Shown in pieces: positions 32,741 to 37,790 of a stretch of 37,790 nt of DNA (positions are counted from its first letter, which is position 1; each line of letters begins with the position of its first letter). Under the pieces are notes generated by a model. The model worked only from the letters and a program-made list of their open reading frames with translations. It did not search any database and was not told the DNA's origin. This DNA comes from Octopus bimaculoides (lineage: Eukaryota), in NCBI RefSeq assembly GCF_001194135.2, contig NC_068981.1, forward strand, positions 24,238,352-24,276,141. The letters run 5' to 3'. The translations under genes and the position numbers were made by a program.

Positions 32741-32839
32741 CGGTGAGCAGAGATATGGTCCGGGGGGGGGGAAGAACATGGGGGGGTCTCCACTACCACA
32801 GGCTCGAACATAAGTCTGTCAGTGAGCGACCGATACCTT

Positions 32840-33050
32840 CACAAACACCCTTGACGATCATTTGCTCTTTTGCTCTCCAGAGTGATTTTGAGCAATGACT
32901 CGTGACGCATTATGTCCAAAATATGATGGCATTGTGGACTTGATCCTAGACAATAGAGGTATTTATTCTTTCAACTTCTGTCGCCTTGTTTTTTCCTGTT
33001 TATTCTGTCCAATCTTCTAAAGATCTATCTTCCTCTCCATTGCTGTGTAC
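32840..33050 (-). mobile_element. RTE-type LINE C-terminal fragment
   Basis: With one frameshift it reads LLSRIKSTMPSYFGH-MRHESLLKITLESKRANDRQG, fitting the RTE L..RIK....YFGHIMR...LLK..LEG motif. Confidence 0.6.
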
Positions 33051-33143
33051 TTTGTCCAAGTTTCTACCTTGTAGATAACAGTTGACATATTTCAACAGTT
33101 TACTAGCCTCGATTTTAGGAGCAGTGTTATGCTTTGATTGTTT

Positions 33144-33147
33144 TATC

Positions 33148-33178
<31 letters not shown>

Positions 33179-33300
33179 CTATCTGTCTGTCTGTCTATCT
33201 ATATTCTATTTATCTNNNNNNNNNNTGCTTCTTTGCATGTGTGTGTGTGTGTGTGTGCATGTGTGTGTGTGTGTGTGTGTGCGTGTGTGTGTGTGTGCTT
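33144..33300. repeat. (TATC)n/(TGTC)n, 10-N gap (33216-33225), (GT)n
   Basis: Read directly from the sequence. Confidence 0.95.
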
Positions 33301-33869
33301 GCGCTCTAGTATGTGCATGCATATGTACGCGTGTCTGAATGTGTGTAACGTTATGCTTAAATACAATTCTATAGTTGGCCAAAGTACTTGGTTAACCTAC
33401 AACTTCTACAATTTCTACTAAATTATGAGAATCTTTCTTTTTCTCAGGTCTGAAGTGAAATTTAAACTAGGAAGGATGTAAGATAAAAAATAAAACAATA
33501 AGACACAAGGAGAAAGATAAAAGCGCTAAACAACCAATAATAAAAGGGTGATGTGAGCTTTTTGTGTGCGTTTTTCTTTCGTTTCTATCTTTATTAACAG
33601 TTAAATAAAAAAAAATAAAATAAAAAAACGTTGAGTAGAAAGTACTTTAAACGGGTAAACTGAATTTCACTGTGAACTACTCGGAATGGGTGGGAAAAAG
33701 AACTTCAAGGATAAATTGCACTATACAATGTTGTTCCAATGTGATATCGTGTTCCGTCAGACAGGAAATAAATCTTATACAATGAATTCAGAAAATACAG
33801 GAAGCAGAATAAATACATACAAATAGAGAAATAGACAATGACTTAAAAAACACTTTTTATAACATACAG

Positions 33870-34260
33870 GAGTTGGCTGGTTGTCAGTCTGGTTGGCTGG
33901 CTGATTGGTTGGTTGGCTGTTTTTGTTTTTGTTTTTGGCTGCTTGGATGGTTGTCATTTTGTCTGGTTTGTTGGTTGGCTTGTTGGTTGGTTGGTTGCTC
34001 GTTATTGTTGTTTACCAAAGTCTGTACTGATCAAACAGATTTGTAATCAAAAGCTTTCTAGCCATGACCATCACTCATTTCCAGGCGTAGCTTATTCCCG
34101 GATATAATTTATTGCACAAGCGTCTTTTTTTTTTTTTTTGTTTTAAAGACACTAAGGTTGGTGGTCTGGCGGTTGGTGAGCTGGTGGGTTGGCGGGCTGG
34201 CGGGTTGGTGCGCTGCCGGACTGCCGGGTTTGGTGGCGGGTTGACTCGTTGTTGGTTACT
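33870..34260. repeat. Degenerate (TTGG/CTGG)n low-complexity tracts
   Basis: ggttggctggttg..., ggcgggctggcgggttgg. Confidence 0.75.
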
Positions 34261-34402
34261 ACGTTGACATGGTTGATACTTTTCACGAAGTTAATATTAG
34301 AAGTTTAAAACAAAATTAAGTGAAACTTAAATTAAAACTAAAATACTGCCTTTACTCTACGAACTCCAAATTTTAGGAAAGATCTGGAATCGAAATTCTC
34401 AT

Positions 34403-35249
34403 NNNNNNNNNNNNNNNNNNNNNNNNNNNNNNNNNNNNNNNNNNNNNNNNNNNNNNNNNNNNNNNNNNNNNNNNNNNNNNNNNNNNNNNNNNNNNNNNNN
34501 NNNNNNNNNNNNNNNNNNNNNNNNNNNNNNNNNNNNNNNNNNNNNNNNNNNNNNNNNNNNNNNNNNNNNNNNNNNNNNNNNNNNNNNNNNNNNNNNNNNN
34601 NNNNNNNNNNNNNNNNNNNNNNNNNNNNNNNNNNNNNNNNNNNNNNNNNNNNNNNNNNNNNNNNNNNNNNNNNNNNNNNNNNNNNNNNNNNNNNNNNNNN
34701 NNNNNNNNNNNNNNNNNNNNNNNNNNNNNNNNNNNNNNNNNNNNNNNNNNNNNNNNNNNNNNNNNNNNNNNNNNNNNNNNNNNNNNNNNNNNNNNNNNNN
34801 NNNNNNNNNNNNNNNNNNNNNNNNNNNNNNNNNNNNNNNNNNNNNNNNNNNNNNNNNNNNNNNNNNNNNNNNNNNNNNNNNNNNNNNNNNNNNNNNNNNN
34901 NNNNNNNNNNNNNNNNNNNNNNNNNNNNNNNNNNNNNNNNNNNNNNNNNNNNNNNNNNNNNNNNNNNNNNNNNNNNNNNNNNNNNNNNNNNNNNNNNNNN
35001 NNNNNNNNNNNNNNNNNNNNNNNNNNNNNNNNNNNNNNNNNNNNNNNNNNNNNNNNNNNNNNNNNNNNNNNNNNNNNNNNNNNNNNNNNNNNNNNNNNNN
35101 NNNNNNNNNNNNNNNNNNNNNNNNNNNNNNNNNNNNNNNNNNNNNNNNNNNNNNNNNNNNNNNNNNNNNNNNNNNNNNNNNNNNNNNNNNNNNNNNNNNN
35201 NNNNNNNNNNNNNNNNNNNNNNNNNNNNNNNNNNNNNNNNNNNNNNNNN
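34403..35249. other. Largest assembly gap (847 N)
   Basis: Run of N. Confidence 0.99.
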
Positions 35250-35394
35250 GGAATCTTGGGTAAGTGTCTTCTTCGATAGCCTCGAACCGACCAAAGCTTT
35301 GTGAGAGGAATTGGTAGACGGAAGCTGAAAGAAGCTCTTCGTATGTGTGTGTGTGTGTGCGTGTGCGTGTGTGTGTGTGTGTGTGCGTGTGTGT

Positions 35395-35426
<32 letters not shown>

Positions 35427-35594
35427 CCACCACCGCTTGGAAACCGGTGCTGGTGTGTTAAGGTCCCCGTAACTTAACGGTTCGGCAAAAGAGAGCGATA
35501 GAATAAGTACTGGAGTTGATACACTCGACTAAAAGTTTGAGGCAGTGCCCCAGCATGGCCGCAGTCTAATGTCTGGAACAAGTAAAAAGTAAAA
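35250..35594 (+). mobile_element. SINE family 1 (head lost in the gap)
   Basis: ttgggtaagtgtcttc...gaccaaagctttg...(TG)n...ccccgtaacttaacggttcggcaaaagagagcgatagaataagtact...ccagcatggccgcagtc. Confidence 0.92.
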
Positions 35595-36232
35595 TGTAAT
35601 AATTGCCCATAGCAGTTATTATGACCACAAATGTGTTACAAAAGTATCCAAAGAAATAGTCTTCAACAATGCATACATATAGTAGTTTATCAAATACATT
35701 CTATGTTAAATAATTTGGAGTAAGAGAAAATTGGTTAAGTCAGCGCTCAGAATTTTACTTACACTTATTTTAACATCTTTACTATAAAACCTTCTTCCAA
35801 ATTCTACGAAAGAATTCTACAGAAAGAGAAGTGTAGAGGAGAATGACATTCTTGTATTTAAAATATTGAATTTTAAAGGTAAGATGTGCGTTGAATATCA
35901 TTAAAATGTCAAATGTGTATGTAAAAAGATGTCAGTTGTTGAAGAATGAAGCAAGAACAAATGATTTCTGGAATTCTTGCTTTCATGACAAGTTTCTCTG
36001 CAAATGCGTAGCTGTTTATTAATTTCAATAAATTGTTGGTTTTGATCTGAGAAAGGGATTAAACCGTTGACTTTTATTCAAAATATGTGAATCGGCTTTT
36101 AGCGAGATCTATATACATTCGTGTGTGTGTGTGTGTGTGTGTGTGTGGTCAAAATACCTTGTAAATCTATTGTTATCAATCGTTAAGACTGTGAAGGTAG
36201 TAGACGTTGCGTCATAGATTCGATCCCTCGTA

Positions 36233-37242
36233 TACGAGGAGATAACCAAAGGTAACCGGAAAAAATCTCTGTGGGACAAACCAGTTGTAGTTCAGGCTTC
36301 CACCTCTAAGAAGCCATNNNNNNNNNNNNNNNNNNNNNNNNNNNNNNNNNNNNNNNNNNNNNNNNNNNNNNNNNNNNNNNNNNNNNNNNNNNNNNNNNNN
36401 NNNNNNNNNNNNNNNNNNNNNNNNNNNNNNNNNNNNNNNNNNNNNNNNNNNNNNNNNNNNNNNNNNNNNNNNNNNNNNNNNNNNNNNNNNNNNNNNNNNN
36501 NNNNNNNNNTGGCAGTGCTTTTCTCCTATTCGTCGATTTTTGCGGTCACTGAAACGAAAGAACAGCATGCTTCCGTGAAATTATGTTTTCTACTAGGGAA
36601 AAGGGCGGACGAAACCATTACCATACTTCAAGCAGCTTACAAGAACGCTGCCATGAGCAAAACAAAAGCATACGAGTTTTCTTCAGGCATTAGAAATGGT
36701 CACTTGTCGGTTGAATACCAACCTCGTTCAGGACGACCGTCGAGCTCCAGAACGAATGAAAACATCACGAAAATTCATGAACTGATCATGGAGGACTGTC
36801 ACCGAACAATTGACGAACTTGTTGATATGACTGGTGTGTTCTGGAGCTGTTGCAAACGAATTTTGAGCGAGGAATTGAGAATGAAGAGCTGCAGCAAAAT
36901 TTGTGCCTAGCTTGCTCATAGAAGATCAAAAGTAGTCGGGACTGAACGCATGTCGTGAACTGAGAGAACAGCTGGAAGTCGATCTGGACCGTTTTTCGAA
37001 AGTTATTACTGGTGACTAAAGTTGGTGCTACGGAATTTGTAGATGTGAAAGAGGTGAAGAAGAAGACATCACTTCGCAGAAGTTCCAGTACTGCTTTGAA
37101 CAGTGGAAAACGCGTCTGGGCCGATGGCATTGGCTCAAATGGAGAATACTTTGATGGCGATAAAATTGTAAACATAAAATTGTAAACAATTGAATAAATA
37201 ATATCGCAAAATTCCGGTTTCTTTTGAGGAAAATCCTTGTTA
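36233..37242 (+). mobile_element. Internally deleted mariner transposon
   Basis: TIRs TA-cgaggagataaccaaaggtaaccggaa and (reverse complement) TA-acaaggattttcctcaaaagaaaccggaa. Reads TKEQHASVKLCFLLGK...PRSGRPSSSRTNENI...RILSEELRMK...KVITGD*SWCYG, fused at about 37035 to FVDVKEVKKKT..FQYCFEQWKTRL..GSNGEYFDGDK. Gap N 36318-36509. Confidence 0.92.
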
Positions 37243-37579
37243 TATACTAAATTCTGTAATTTACTTTCCCGATAATAATCTGGTATCTAATCTCTAAGAA
37301 GAAATCAGTAAGGAAGAAATCACAGATATCCAGAGTCTTATCTGACGCTATATTACGTCAACTAATCTTTTTTGAATCGCAAGAATCCATACAAGAAATG
37401 CACATATTTTAAAGTACCCGCAATATTAGCACTAAGCGGATGACAGGTATAATCTTCTTTTTGTTGCATTAAAGACGCGTGTTCAGTTAATTTAGCTTTT
37501 CAAACGGTTACATCTTTCATCAATTCTACATAACTACCATTGTTTACATAGGCACTATGTTACTTGTAAATATAAATAT

Positions 37580-37746
37580 GAGGATGTGTGGTGAGGTGCT
37601 TCCATTCAGCCACATGCTTCCGGGTTCGGCCTGTCAGTGGCACCTTGAACAAGTGTTTTCTACTATAGCTTCGAGCCGACTAAAGCCTTGTGAACGGATT
37701 TGGTAAACGGAAACTGAAAGTAGGTAGCCCATCATATGTATATACG

Positions 37747-37790
<44 letters not shown>
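37580..37790 (+). mobile_element. SINE family 1, 5' half running into its internal (TG)n at the window end
   Basis: ggatgtgtggtgagg...ccgggttcggcc...gcaccttgaacaagtgttttctactatagc...gactaaagccttgtg...acggaaactgaaag. Confidence 0.88.

Overview
This is AT-rich, repeat-dominated eukaryotic DNA from a gapped scaffold. It has 12 N-gaps, most of them next to microsatellites. The SINE families, microsatellite load and retroelement mix strongly suggest an octopus or other coleoid cephalopod; that assignment comes from my recall of these repeat families, not from a database search. I recognise no intact protein-coding gene, rRNA, true tRNA gene or CRISPR array. Most supplied ORFs are artefacts of microsatellites or N-gaps. 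Decayed mobile elements I can support: two mariners (one DD34D, one internally deleted), a mariner MITE, a non-autonomous Helitron-like element, a near-complete Penelope-like RT plus GIY-YIG element, fragments of CR1-type, RTE-type, HERO-type (x2) and R4/Dong-type (x2) LINEs, and about 20 copies of three tRNA-derived SINE families. The most striking structure is a 2,008-bp element at 8392-10399. It has tandem-repeat terminal inverted repeats and a perfect 9-bp target-site duplication (Mutator/Foldback-like), and it carries fragments of two unrelated restriction-like-endonuclease retrotransposons plus a nested SINE, so it resembles a Pack-MULE. Other observations: minimal hammerhead-ribozyme motifs in Penelope-like terminal repeats, an R4/Dong-type fragment embedded in (ACAT)n, polarised SINE multimers, several long inverted repeats, and a speculative chain of small plus-strand exons of an unidentified gene.
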